From Octopus bimaculoides (taxonomy: Eukaryota): a DNA stretch of 64,000 bases. Position 1 is the first letter of the stretch. Every line of letters starts with the position of its first letter. A program made the translations under genes and the position numbers. The notes beneath the pieces were generated by a model, which had not been told where the DNA came from, ran no database searches, and saw only the letters and a program-made list of their open reading frames with translations. Below are positions 12,231 through 25,849 of the stretch, in pieces. The DNA lies in NCBI RefSeq assembly GCF_001194135.2, contig NC_068982.1, forward strand, positions 34,263,574 to 34,327,573. The letters are read 5' to 3'.

Positions 12231-13379
12231 GGCTATTGTAGAAGACACTTGCCTAAGGTGCCACTCTGTAGGATTGAACCTGAAACCTCATGGTGAATTT
12301 CCTTGCCACACATTCATGGCTGCACCTGTTTATGTAAAGCAGTTTTAGTTGCTTTTTGTTTTGCTTAGTAATACAAATTTAGCTTTCTGTTTGTACTTTT
12401 GCCACAACATATATATTGATATTAAAACTATACTGGTTAGATTCTAAGGATCTTTGTGGTTTTCGTCACTGTTTACAATTTTGTTCCAATTGTTTTCAAT
12501 CGATTATGTTTTGTATACTAATTATGAAAATGAAATTCATTTTCCCTATAAATCCACAATTAAAAAGTTAGCCTTTAAAATTTGCAAAATTTGGGTATTG
12601 TAGCCAATCAGAAGTGAATAATTTACATATCATTGTGGCGAAAATTTCTGTTTCCATAGTAACCAAAGCAAAGAAGCACCATGTGTTGCATAGTTGATTG
12701 CGAAGAACTGTATCCATAGTAACCAAAGATACTGCACATGTGCACAAGGAGGAGATACGAGAAAGATATTTTTTAAAAATAAAATCCTAGTTTAATGTTT
12801 TGACATGCCGATGCCCACCCTCTGCCCTGATGATGGAAGAGGCAGTGAATGTGCTGTTTTCTGATTGACTGAAAATTCTGAAAATTATCTAAGTTTGAAT
12901 ACCTGTAACATTTTTGCAAAATTTTTCTTGAATAAATGAATAACAAATTCTGATTCAGCATCAAAAATTACATCTATATGATACATCAAAACATTTTTTT
13001 AAAGATAGTTGTAATCAATGACAAAAACCATAGAGATCCGGTTTTAAAACAACCTAATGTTTAGATTTGTTTTACAACACAAAAATGTGCAAACTAAATA
13101 AAAAGAAAGACTGCCTCACAATAGATGTCTTCTCAATATGCTACTGTAATACTGAAGGAAACTGAGCAACAGATCAATGTTGAAAACCTCGTAGTGTAAA
13201 CATGCTAAAAAAAAAAAAAAGTTAGAAAAGTGCTGAAGGGATGCAAAACTTGTATTATCAATAACATACTTGAATCATTGTTGTAGGTTATTGCATTTGT
13301 TAAGCAGTTTTGGAAGTTGAGTCTTGGTCACATTTGAAACGATTTCTTACTTCAGTGAAGCAAAGTGTATTCATGATGA

Positions 13380-13730
13380 TTTTGATGTTATCTCCATTCA
13401 CTTAAAGAGCATTTTGCAAAGAGAGTTCTTCAAGTGGTATCATTTTGAGCCATGCTGCACTCTTTTCCCCAGGTAATACCCATATTGGTCAAATCTTTCT
13501 GCACAGATATTTACCTCATCTTCACTGTCCTGCCTCTCTCCTTCCTCCTTCAACTGTCCATGTGATGGCTCTCCTGGCTGTCTCTACAATGGTAAGTGCC
13601 ATACATGGCCTAGCAGTTTCCTTTGTATGGCTGTGTTGGTGTCTTGCTGTTTACATGGACCAGCTCTTCTCATGATTTCATCATGCCAGGTGATCTTCAG
13701 GATATTTCTTAGGCATTGACTGAATAAGAT
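13380..13730 (-). mobile_element. RTE LINE 3' coding remnant
   Basis: Minus strand CLRNILKITWHD...LLGHVW, typical of the RTE ORF2 C-terminus. Confidence 0.7.
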
Positions 13731-15779
13731 TTGCAACAGCAATATTTGTTACATTTCATGGTGATTAACATGGTGACTTGCTTGTACAAGTATTGGTACC
13801 ACCTCCACAACCAACTGTGGTATTTGTACTCTGAAACACTCGCATCAAGGAAATATAACATCTTTTCCTATGAAATTTTTCTATTCCTTTACAATGTTGG
13901 CTTATTGACCACCATAAATACTTTTCTGATTTTCTATTGATGTAGCAACAGTGAAATTTTTCGTTTTCATTTGCAAAATCTCTCACTCTCTATTTTTAAT
14001 GTTTTCATTTCAAGTTTTAATTTGCTATTTGCAAACAACTATGATAAATTACTGAAAGAAATATTTAGTAAGTTCACAAATTTAAATATATGCAGTATAA
14101 GATAGTTTTTAATGAGCTTTCGTTTATACAATCTTTTCATGTCATGTTTATTTCATTCATTGTTTGCAATGTTCTATCTCTCTCTCTCTCTCTCCCTCTT
14201 TCTCTCTCACACACGCAAGTCAGTCACACATGCACACGTGTGTTTTTGTATGTACGTTTGTGTACATTTATGTATGTGTGTGTGCCTGAGAAAGTGATGT
14301 CTAAATGGCACTCACTCTCTCTCTCTCTCTCACATGCTTTTCATGACTGAAAACAAAGAACATCACTTGTATGACAGTGATGTTCATTTAAAACTATCAC
14401 ATGCTGTCAACATAAAGTTATACATAAACAAATACATATACACATACAATGTGTGTGTGTATGTGTGTATAGAAAGGGCTTCTTTCAGTTTCTCTATCCA
14501 CTCAGAAGGCTTTCGTTATTCCAGGGCTATAGTGGAAGACACTTGCTCAAGATGCTACACAGTGGGATTGAACCCCAGACCACATGGCTGGGAAATAAAT
14601 TCCTTAACTGCAGAGCCATGCCTGTGCCTAAATATATGTTAGAGAAGGTGAGAGAGAGAGAGACAGAGAGAGCCATCTGGTTAAGTTCACTTCATAACTA
14701 TATTGTTTCAGATTTCCTCCCACACTGCAACATCTTTGATAAATGGTCTTCTCTTGTAACTTTGAACTGACTAATACCATGTAAATGGAATTTGATAAAT
14801 AGGGACTTTGAACCAATAATCTGAATTAATCAGAATTTTTCAACATAACACATATGTTGAACTCTACTGCAACTCATTCATACATTACTTTAGTTCCAAG
14901 CTCCTATAAAAATATTTTTGTATACTAATCCATCCACCCTCAATGGATGGTTTGTCTAGACCAATGCAACCCTTCCATGGCAAACATCCTGAATCAAGAA
15001 TATCTGGCTTGGGTTTTAGCCATTATCAGTCTTTTACTAGCTGAAGTATCTCATCTGTGCATACCACATTTACAGATAACAGTAACAGTTTGCTAACTGA
15101 ACTGGTTGACCTTGACTGTTGACTGTTTGTTGTCTGTTCATTTGTTTAGCATCTAATGATGTTCACCACCGATTCAAAAGATTTTATTTGTTGATATACT
15201 TCACATTCACCATGCTTCATCTTATGATTTCAGTGTATCTTGTCTCAGGTTGTTACTTGTTACAAGATTCTGACAAGTGCTACTACTCCAGCTCAGAGTA
15301 GACACTGGAACAATAGTGGCTTAGAGGCAGTTCCACACTCCTCAAAACCCTAGAACTTCTGAACCAGAGCCTCACTGCCAGATGCAGTTTAAAGTCATAC
15401 CCAGGGTTAAATATACTAAAAAAACCCTTTAAATATTAACTTTTAAAAAAATGAAACAAACATAAATTCTTCTACATCAAAACAATTAAAATCTTAGGAA
15501 ATTTGTAGGTCAAGACATTTACAAGATAATTAGAAACAGGAAGCTTACCACATTTATAAGTACTTGTTTAATTTATGTAATTGACCAACATTTTAGTGAA
15601 GATAAGCTATTAACATCAAGTTTATCTGATTTATAACTACACTTCTAGCTTATCAGTCTGTTTTGTGGCTGTTTTCAAGTGCAATATTTCTACATTTAAA
15701 CATATTCTTTAGCATTAAAACTAAATGCTCTGAATTCAGTTTTAGTATAAGGATATTCTTGTATTCTGTTATCAATAAT

Positions 15780-16250
15780 AGTATCATCAACTGCCACAAG
15801 GGGCAAAAGAGATATTCTAGAAAGAAGCATCAAATTAAGTGAGCAAGTTATGAAAGTAACAGAAAGAGTTATTGTAGTACAACTAACTATTTGTCTTTAT
15901 TCCCTACTTGTTGTCATGAGTGTAAGGGGAGCAGAGTCCTCATACATGCTTTCTAGATGGTCCTATCAGAAACAATCATCATCAATTCATCTGACTGGAT
16001 CTCCAAGTGAGATCGACCTTATGAAATCAGCCTTGAGAGAGATGAATATTAACCAACCATCTCACTCAAGGCCAACTATCAGGACACTTAGTACAAACTA
16101 ATTAGGAAGAAAATACATTTAGATGAAATGTAGTACAAGTCTGTGCCAGGACAAGGTAGCACTGACACTCACTCACTAAAGAAGGCCTTAGCTAAGAGCA
16201 GAAGACCTTTGACAGGGTACCCCATTTGTTAACTGATGGTTATAAAGAAA
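15780..16250 (+). mobile_element. Degenerate RTE RT fragment interrupted by a ~200-bp insertion
   Basis: MKVTERVI..QL [insert] LIRKKIHLDEM..PGQGSTD...FDRVP; near-direct repeat tagtacaa(a)ctaa on both sides of the insert. Confidence 0.65.
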
Positions 16251-16581
16251 ATAAGTGTGGATAAATGATCTTTTGTTCTTTGAGATGAAACCAAATTTTA
16301 AGCTACATTTTACACAGTGTTTTCTAAACCTGCGAAAAATAAGTAGGGTGCAAATTTTGATTTTGCATCCGCAAAAGATTTTCCCAGGCCTATGCATGCT
16401 AACCATATACAGAAATGCTGTTAGCTAAGAGTTAGAAATGAGTTTAATAAAGAATTTATTGTACTGGTACATATCTATCAGCATTTGAGTTTCATTTCCT
16501 GCTCCACTCCCATTTATTATAATACCTCAGGCTACAACAAAGTGGTTTATAATCATTTCCATAGGAACTTATACATGTTAA

Positions 16582-17510
16582 CTAGCAGAGGCACCTAGTA
16601 TTGCCCGGGAATGAAATGTATTGGAAGAAAAAAGCAAAATATGTTGTAGAGAAATTTTTTATTCTAAGTTCAATTTATTCTTCAATTGGGAAATCAATTC
16701 TAAATTCATAATACAAAAAAAAAAAATAATAACAATAAAGCATGAAAAATTTGATCATATGCACAGTGTTGTTCTGGAAGAAGTTTCGGTTCATGTTCAT
16801 TCACAAATGCACCAAACCCTGTGATGTCATAACTTGTCTCTTTTGCTATGTCTCTTGAAGTTAAATCACTAATTTAATGGTTTGTTTTTGGCAGTCCAGA
16901 GCCAGACTCTTGCAAATTTTTGCCTCCCATGGCCAAAACTTGATCCTCAATTTGAATCAGTGCTTGGTTAAAAATTGTTTCAGAGAAATGAATATTGATA
17001 TCTGGGTTTGCTTGTTGAACTACATACTTTAAGTCCTCAGCCATGTCCTCAAGATGTTTCATTCAAAACTGTAGGGGGACTGCCAAGCTGACACATGTTC
17101 AATATAATTGCAAAAAGGTTACGGAATTTCCTTGGAGAATCTGATACTACAGTCAATGCAAGGTTTCAATGCTCATCATTTTCTAAAAAAACCTTGTTGT
17201 TAGCATACTTGCCTATAAGTTTCAATCACATGACCATTTACCCTCCTCATATCTTGGAATGGTTTGGGATCACATGCTTCATGCAAAAAGAGCCGTAAAT
17301 AGTAGCATTCTACTTGGCTTGCAGGGGACATTGTAAACTCTTGCAAGAGCGTTAGCCTGTTTCCTCTTGTGCTATTTATTGTTTCTCCAGGTGTAATACT
17401 TGGGTAATTGCAGGTAAAGGAGTTTTCTTGCATCTTCATCTACTTGACACAACTTAAAAAAGGCAGTAAGGGTAGTTTCTTTATATATATATATATATAT
17501 ATATATAGAC
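16582..17510 (-). mobile_element. Non-autonomous Helitron deletion derivative
   Basis: Minus-strand 3' end cccgggcaatactaggtgcctctgCTAG|T. RepHel fragments ECYYLRLFLHEACDPKPFQDMRRVNGHVIETYRQVC and EDMAEDL..ANPDINIHFSETIFNQALIQIEDQVL. TCTATATA-like 5' end near 17508. Confidence 0.85.
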
Positions 17511-17533
17511 AAGAATATATATATAGAATATAA

Positions 17534-18580
17534 AGAATAGTCTGGGCAAAGTTCAGAGAGCTCTTACCTCTGCTGGTGACAAGGGGCCTTTCACTCAGAG
17601 TAAAAGGCAGACTGTATGGNNNNNNNNNNNNNNNNNNNNNNNNNNNNNNNNNNNNNNNNNNNNNNNNNNNNNNNNNNNNNNNNNNNNNNNNNNNNNNNNN
17701 NNNNNNNNNNNNNNNNNNNNNNNNNNNNNNNNNNNNNNNNNNNNNNNNNNNNNNNNNNNNNNNNNNNNNNNNNNNNNNNNNNNNNNNNNNNNNNNNNNNN
17801 NNNNNNNNNNNNNNNNNNNNNNNNNNNNNNNNNNNNNNNNNNNNNNNNNNNNNNNNNNNNNNNNNNNNNNNNNNNNNNNNNNNNNNNNNNNNNNNNNNNN
17901 NNNNNNNNNNNNNNNNNNNNNNNNNNNNNNNNNNNNNNNNNNNNNNNNNNNNNNNGCACGACCTTTGAACATTGGGCCTCACCGAGGCGACGACTTGTGA
18001 CTGAGACCTTTGGAAATATGCTGTGCGTGAGAAGACCCGGCAAGCCAAGTGAGACCTAAATCCAAGGCCTCTGCCAGGGGTGTAGCCAGCTCACTTATGC
18101 GTACCTCCCTTCATTGGACACTAAACTCCGCTTGCGAAGACCTGTTGAGGCAAGTGAAATCGAAATCGAACTAAATTCGATGACTGGCACCCATGCCAAC
18201 GTCGTCTCCCCTCATTGGACACGAAACTCGGCTTGTGAAGACCTGTTGGGGCAAGCGAAAGGGAAATCGTGATAGCACCTGTGCACAGCGTCGATTTCCT
18301 GGCACTTGTGCCAGTGGCACGTGTAAAGACATTCGAGTGGGATCATTGCCAGTGCCGCCGGACTGGCTCCTGTGCAGGTGGCACGTAGAATACACCATTT
18401 TGAGCATGGCCGTTGCCAGTACTGCCTGACTACATCTGAATACTTGTGAGGTATAAAAATCCCTTACCTAAAAACAGGTGAGGGTTGGCAACAGGAAGAG
18501 CACCTGGTTGTAATAACTGCCTCAAATAGCTCTCCGTCCAACCCATGCAAGCATGGAAAAACAGACATTAAAAAAAATGA
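17534..18580 (+). mobile_element. 5'-truncated RTE LINE spanning a gap, with 3' UTR
   Basis: RIVWAKFRELLPLLVTRGLSLRVKGRLY before the gap; HDL.TLGLTEA..DLWKYAVREKTRQAK* after it; RTE-type tail. Confidence 0.85.
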
Positions 18581-18979
18581 ACAATTTATATGTAATAAGG
18601 ATGGTGAATAAAAGAAAACAAAGCATGACATACAATGTAATGTCCTTTATTAAGTTAGATTTTCTTTTTGGTTTTTAACATCAACTAAAGAAGTTGAATG
18701 AAAAGAAAGAAAAAAGAAACAGTTCAACAAATTACAAATACAAAATATAATTAGTATTTTTTTAATTATTATTATTTGGTAACTGATTCTGTATTTAAAA
18801 ATTTTTTTTTACTCTCAGAAAAATAATGAAATCAAATTTTCTTTTCTTTTTGTTCATTTCATTTTTTTTTTTCTTCTTAATATTAAAAAGACAAAAATTG
18901 GGGAAATGCATGTATCACTATGAACATTATTCACGGGACAGTTAAGAACCAACAGAAGTTTAGGTGTGTTTGTGAGTGT

Positions 18980-19016
<37 letters not shown>

Positions 19017-19026
19017 NNNNNNNNNN

Positions 19027-19061
<35 letters not shown>

Positions 19062-19188
19062 TTTGTATACATACATGTAATATATATATATGCACACACA
19101 CACACAAATTTATAAATATATATGTATACATACATGTAAAATATATATATAAATTTATATATATATTTGTATATATATATACATGTAA

Positions 19189-19224
<36 letters not shown>

Positions 19225-21314
19225 NNNNNNNNNNNNNNNNNNNNNNNNNNNNNNNNNNNNNNNNNNNNNNNNNNNNNNNNNNNNNNNNNNNNNNNNNNNN
19301 NNNNNNNNNNNNNNNNNNNNNNNNNNNNNNNNNNNNNNNNNNNNNNNNNNNNNNNNNNNNNNNNNNNNNNNNNNNNNNNNNNNNNNNNNNNNNNNNNNNN
19401 NNNNNNNNNNNNNNNNNNNNNNNNNNNNNNNNNNNNNNNNNNNNNNNNNNNNNNNNNNNNNNNNNNNNNNNNNNNNNNNNNNNNNNNNNNNNNNNNNNNN
19501 NNNNNNNNNNNNNNNNNNNNNNNNNNNNNNNNNNNNNNNNNNNNNNNNNNNNNNNNNNNNNNNNNNNNNNNNNNNNNNNNNNNNNNNNNNNNNNNNNNNN
19601 NNNNNNNNNNNNNNNNNNNNNNNNNNNNNNNNNNNNNNNNNNNNNNNNNNNNNNNNNNNNNNNNNNNNNNNNNNNNNNNNNNNNNNNNNNNNNNNNNNNN
19701 NNNNNNNNNNNNNNNNNNNNNNNNNNNNNNTATATATATACTTTTAAATGTATACACATATACTTATAAACTTATAAGTATATACTTATAAATTTATAAG
19801 AATATACATATAAATTTATAAGTATATACATATAAATATATATATATATATATATAAATGTATATATATATATATATAAAATGTATATATAAAATCATAT
19901 ACATACATATAAATTTGTAAATATATACTTATAAATTTGTATATATATACTTTTAAATGTATACACATATACTTATAAACTTATAAGTATATACTTGTAA
20001 ATTTATAAGAATATACATATAAATTTATAAGTATATACATATAAATATATAATATTTGAAATTTACATGTATAAAGAAAATGTAAATTTGGTCTATTTAA
20101 ACAAGAAAGCAGACTTTCCAAGTTCAGGCTTTTGTTGTTGCCATTAAAGAGAAAGAAAAACCAAAACTTTATGCTAATTTTAAAAGTAAAAAAAGATTAA
20201 TCAGTTTTAAACTGTATCAAATCTCTCATATTTTTTATTGTAAAGTAAGGGAAAATTAAATAACATGAAAAAAAAAATCACTAAAGAAAGAAATATATAA
20301 AAGATAAAATTAAAAATTTAGAAAAAAAATGAAATAAGATAAAATGTTGACAGTGCACAACTGCTGCAGTTATTGTGACATTTACCAATAACAACTATTT
20401 ATTTCTTACAAAGCCACAAAGCCACAGAGGAGGAAAAATATGAAGTTGTGACATTAATGCCTTTCCCAAGGGCATTAACAACGTATGTTGAGTAAAGTGG
20501 CTAAGACTCGGAATTGAAACTGTCACAGATTCAACTTGCCAAGGGCATGCCTTTCTTTACTCTACGATGATTGCCACTAGTAACTGTAATTTATAGATAG
20601 ACTTGGTTATACTTCACTTAAGCATTATAATTATCTTTTATTTTTAATGTTATGTTAGAGTTAGAAAACATTGTTTCGAAACATATATGTTGATATTTTC
20701 AAATATCATAAATATCTTTTTTCATAGATTAAATGCATGCAATGACTGACAGCTTTGTTTGAGAATCACAGAAGCTAAGCGAAAAACAGACAGAGTGAGT
20801 AGATAGATAATTTTTGAAGAAGTTCAACAGAAAACGTAATCTAAAATAACTCAATATGCAAAATTGTTTTCTTGTTTTTTTTTTCTTGTTTGTTTTGTTT
20901 TTCCCCCTCAATAAAAACATTATAGAATAGATAAAAATAGAATTGAAAATTCATGTCTTTCATCTGTGGAGTTTTTCAAATTTTTTTCTTGTCATTTTTT
21001 TGTCTTTTTCTATCAAAAAAAAAAAAACCCCCCCAAATCTGTTCACACAATTATACCATCTGTATTAGTTTCCCTAATTCCAGCGACTCCCTTTTTTTTT
21101 GTTTTTCTTTTTTGTTCCTTGTTTTTCACTGCTGAGGTTCCAACCAAGCTTTGCAGTCACACTGTATTCTCAAAACAGATCCCTTATCATAACAATTTTT
21201 CTCACAAGTTTCCAACACATAGACTTACAAAATACATCTCAGCAGTGTACATATACATCAGCAAGTTATGTAAATACATTTAAAAGTGGACCTTAAGTTC
21301 ATCATGATAATAAT

Positions 21315-21807
21315 AATGGTTTCAAATTTTTGGCACAAGGCCAGAAAATGTAGGGGAAGGGGAAGTCAGTTACACTGACCCCAGAGCTCCGCTGGTACTG
21401 ATTTTATCAACCCCAAAAGGTTGAAAGGCAAAGTCAACCTCAGCAGGACTTGAACTCAGAATGTAAAAAGCTGGAAGAAATGCTTCTAAACATTTTGTCT
21501 AGCATAATAATGATTCTGCCAACCCGCCTCTTAATAATAGTAACAATAATAATAATAGTCCTTTCTACTATAGGCACAAGGCCTCAAATTTGGGGAAGGG
21601 GGATAGTAGATTACATCGACCCTAGTACTCAACTGGTACTTATTTCATTGACCCCGAAAGGATGAAAAGCAAAGTCAACCTTGGCGGAATTTGAACTCAG
21701 AATATGACGACGGATGAAATACTACTAAGCATTCCGCTTGGTGTGCTAATGATTCTGCCAGCTCACTGCCTTAAATGATGATAATAGTAGTAACAATAAT
21801 AATAATG

Positions 21808-21842
<35 letters not shown>

Positions 21843-21845
21843 TGT
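21315..21845 (-). mobile_element. Two tandem SINE-D copies with (AAT)n spacers
   Basis: Two copies of the D core (21315-21530, 21560-21775) in the putative 3' UTR / downstream region of BNIP3. Confidence 0.8.
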
Positions 21846-22234
21846 TTAAAGGGGAAAGAAATGTAAGATGTTGTGACATTCATGCATTTCCCAAGTGTTG
21901 TAAATAGTGGCATACACAAACAAGGCAGGCTCTAATTGGGAATTAAGAAACCAGCTTTGACAAACACTGGCCCTAAAAATTTATGGCCACAACATGGCAC
22001 CTGCCATAATAAAAATAATTACAATGATAAAGTTGATAAAAATCTGCACATTCAGTTTGTTTCTTAGAAAATTAAGAAATGGTCCTAAATTCATGTTTTC
22101 ATTCTCCTTTTGTTATCTTGCTTTGCTATCTTGCTATCTTTCATTCCAGTTTTTCCCCTTTACACTACCTACTAGATTTGTCTTTTTAATGATACAAGAC
22201 TACTTACTAAGTATAATAATTGTTTCTCTATGGG

Positions 22235-22268
<34 letters not shown>

Positions 22269-23281
22269 NNNNNNNNNNNNNNNNNNNNNNNNNNNNNNNN
22301 NNNNNNNNNNNNNNNNNNNNNNNNNNNNNNNNNNNNNNNNNNNNNNNNNNNNNNNNNNNNNNNNNNNNNNNNNNNNNNNNNNNNNNNNNNNNNNNNNNNN
22401 NNNNNNNNNNNNNNNNNNNNNNNNNNNNNNNNNNNNNNNNNNNNNNNNNNNNNNNNNNNNNNNNNNNNNNNNNNNNNNNNNNNNNNNNNNNNNNNNNNNN
22501 NNNNNNNNNNNNNNNNNNNNNNNNNNNNNNNNNNNNNNNNNNNNNNNNNNNNNNNNNNNNNNNNNNNNNNNNNNNNNNNNNNNNNNNNNNNNNNNNNNNN
22601 NNNNNNNNNNNNNNNNNNNNNNNNNNNNNNNNNNNNNNNNNNNNNNNNNNNNNNNNNNNNNNNNNNNNNNNNNNNNNNNNNNNNNNNNNNNNNNNNNNNN
22701 NNNNNNNNNNNNNNNNNNNNNNNNNNNNNNNNNNNNNNNNNNNNNNNNNNNNNNNNNNNNNNNNNNNNNNNNNNNNNNNNNNNNNNNNNNNNNNNNNNNN
22801 NNNNNNNNNNNNNNNNNNNNNNNNNNNNNNNNNNNNNNNNNNNNNNNNNNNNNNNNNNNNNNNNNNNNNNNNNNNNNNNNNNNNNNNNNNNNNNNNNNNN
22901 NNNNNNNNNNNNNNNNNNNNNNNNNNNNNNNNNNNNNNNNNNNNNNNNNNNNNNNNNNNNNNNNNNNNNNNNNNNNNNNNNNNNNNNNNNNNNNNNNNNN
23001 NNNNNNNNNNNNNNNNNNNNNNNNNNNNNNNNNNNNNNNNNNNNNNNNNNNNNNNNNNNNNNNNNNNNNNNNNNNNNNNNNNNNNNNNNNNNNNNNNNNN
23101 NNNNNNNNNNNNNNNNNNNNNNNNNNNNNNNNNNNNNNNNNNNNNNNNNNNNNNNNNNNNNNNNNNNNNNNNNNNNNNNNNNNNNNNNNNNNNNNNNNNN
23201 NNNNNNNNNNNNNNNNNNNNNNNNNNNNNNNNNNNNNNNNNNNNNNNNNNNNNNNNTGAAAAAAAATCTTATCTTTGCACT

Positions 23282-23348
23282 TCAATCCAAAGCATGGTGA
23301 GCAATCACAGCTGCCCAGTTGCAATATTTTTTCAAGTACATGAACATT
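23282..23348 (-). CDS. BNIP3: BNIP3/NIX-family terminal coding exon (end of TM, tail, stop)
   Basis: Very strong acceptor ttcttctttcttttccag. Phase 2 completes the TM helix: (V)MFMYLKKYCNWAAVIAHHALD-TGA, with a basic KK after the TM as expected for a tail anchor. Confidence 0.8.
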
Positions 23349-23667
23349 CTGGAAAAGAAAGAAGAAATGAAAAAATAAAAATAAATAAATATTATAATGA
23401 TATCTAACTTTTGCATACAACTATAAAATTGTAAGTTAGAGGGTATAGTAAGTTTGCTTGATCTGCTTCCAGAATATGACCAGGAATCAATAAAAGGATA
23501 AAGGAGTTTAAGTACAGGCATGGCTGTGCTGTTAAGAAGTCCACTTTCCAAACATGCTTCAGATTTTATATGCGTGTGTGTGTGTATACACACACACTCA
23601 CACACATATATATGTTCTGGAGAAATAGTATAAGTAATAACCTGATCAACAATGGGTATTACTGCTA

Positions 23668-23702
<35 letters not shown>

Positions 23703-23877
23703 CCATATTCTATACCCCACATTGGTTCTGCAAGAATATAAATAAAACATAAAAAACAGACAGTGTTGGAACTCTTTTAAACAAAATAATATATTCCTCT
23801 ATACACAATCATACAAAAAANNNNNNNNNNNNNNNNNNNNNNNNNNNNNNNNNNNNNNNNNNNNNNNNNNNNNNNNN

Positions 23878-23928
<51 letters not shown>

Positions 23929-24098
23929 CACACATCGACCCACCCATCTATATTTATCTAAGTGTGTGTGTATATATATCATCATCATCATCGTTTAACG
24001 TCCGCTTTCCATGCTAGCATGGGTTGGACGATTTGACTGAGGACTGGTGAAACCAGATGGCTACATCAGGCTCCAATCTGATTTGGCAGAGTTTCTAC

Positions 24099-24141
<43 letters not shown>

Positions 24142-24964
24142 TATATATATATACACACAGACTCCCATATATATTTATATCTATATCTATATGTTTGTGG
24201 GCATATATGTATATGTATATCTCCTTGCCCTGACATTGTGCAATGGTTGTAAAGTTGGCATCACTGTCACACAAATGGTGTTACTTGTTTCCAATGTTTC
24301 AGGGAAACATGTCAGGCCATGGGGGAAAATATCACCTTGCTTGGTAACAAGTGAGAGCTGGGTTAGCAACAGGAAGAGCATCTGACTAGAAAATCTGCCT
24401 CAATGAATTCAGTCTGTTCTATGCAAACATGGAAAAGTGAACGTTTAAACAATGATGATGATGTGAGATTTTAATCACATCTTTATAACAACAATCACAA
24501 CCATCTTTTCTTTATTAGCTACAAGAGTTTGAAGAGATACAGAAAATGTGAAATGTTCATTGTGAGTTTACATAGAAAACTTAGTGGTATGACAGACAAG
24601 TTATACAACAGTAAAGGAAGTGGGTGAAAGACGTTACATAATACATATACGTGTGTATGTATATATATATATATATATATAAGAGGATAAATTAAGATTT
24701 TAAAAGTACAAATATTAGCACAGAAATAAAATGGTATGATAAAATACACAATAATTAAAACAAGACATAATTAAAAGGGAATAAAACATGAAAGATTACT
24801 GTCTAGGTCAGGTTAGGAGACTCCATGTCTCCGCCTCTTAGCCAATCTCAGTATTGTTTTCTCATGTATCAAAAAGTACCAGTTAACATTTTTTTTTAGT
24901 TGGTTCTGGTTGACAAATACCTACATCTTCAGGCTAAGATTCCTTTAATTCATTATAGTGTCTT

Positions 24965-25560
24965 ACTATTATTATTGAGTGAGAGAGCAGCACATTCTAT
25001 CAAAGTAACACTGGGCTACAAATATACGAAGCCCAATATGCCCATCGTGACTACCCATCTGATAAAGGTACACTAGGCACATGCATCACAACTATACGTG
25101 TGTGACATGGTGATTTCATATCAAGATAACAGCATGTGACCTTCCAGGTGGGGCCCAGTTAGAATTTTCTTCAGGTTGAGTAGCCCATCCTGCTCAAAAG
25201 GTCTCTGAATAAGGGTTGTTTAAGGATGTTGAATGAAACACCCATGTTTCTAGAGGTGAATTATTCAAACACCAAAAAATTCCTCTCAACACATGGTTAT
25301 GATGCTCCTCCACTACTTCTGCTTGTGATCAAGGATGCATATATCACCAGCCACCAAGGGACTTGCTCATCTAGTTAAGGTCAAACAACTGACAAGCAAA
25401 TCTGCGGTATTGAGCAGAATATTTGCTGTAGCCCATCTTTATACCAAGACAAAACAATGTACATGATAACACTTTCAATCAGTTAAGATCAGAAGCCATG
25501 AGAGCCACTACCTAGTATTACATCAGGGCATTTATTATAATTATAATTATTATTATTGAA
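24965..25560 (-). repeat. ~590-bp non-coding interspersed element flanked on both sides by (ATT)n
   Basis: Composition contrasts with the flanks; tattattatt on both ends; no ORF. Possibly a LINE 3' UTR. Confidence 0.45.
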
Positions 25561-25849
25561 TGTTGCTGTGAGCAGATGTGCCTTTACCTCACTCCAAGAG
25601 CTTTGAAGTTTTACCAAGCCCAAATAGAAGAAAAATATTCCTTTTTAGATAATTAACAGGGAACTTTCTGGAATGTATTGGATGTCTACTTTCATACCAG
25701 GGGAAACATAAGCTCTATCATTTTTGATATAATTTAATTATTACTTTTTGTTGTTGTCTTGTTTACATTTCAAGTTCTCACCAGAAAAATGCACCCTGAA
25801 AGAAGTGTACATGAACATAACTATGTTGAGAACAAAATATATAAGTAAT

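Noticed and set aside
12810-12880. CTGATGA as a further hammerhead core
   Set aside because: No stem II closing onto GAAA and no stem I/III pairing.
15850-16101. 83-aa ORF resembling a secreted peptide precursor (MKVTERVIVVQLTICLYSLLVV...)
   Set aside because: The N-terminus is the RTE RT motif MKVTERVI..QL, and the rest is an insertion within that decayed LINE.
18854-23420. Long X-filled ORFs here and at 45881-47027 and 51190-52368
   Set aside because: These are read-through across N gaps and (TA)n tracts.
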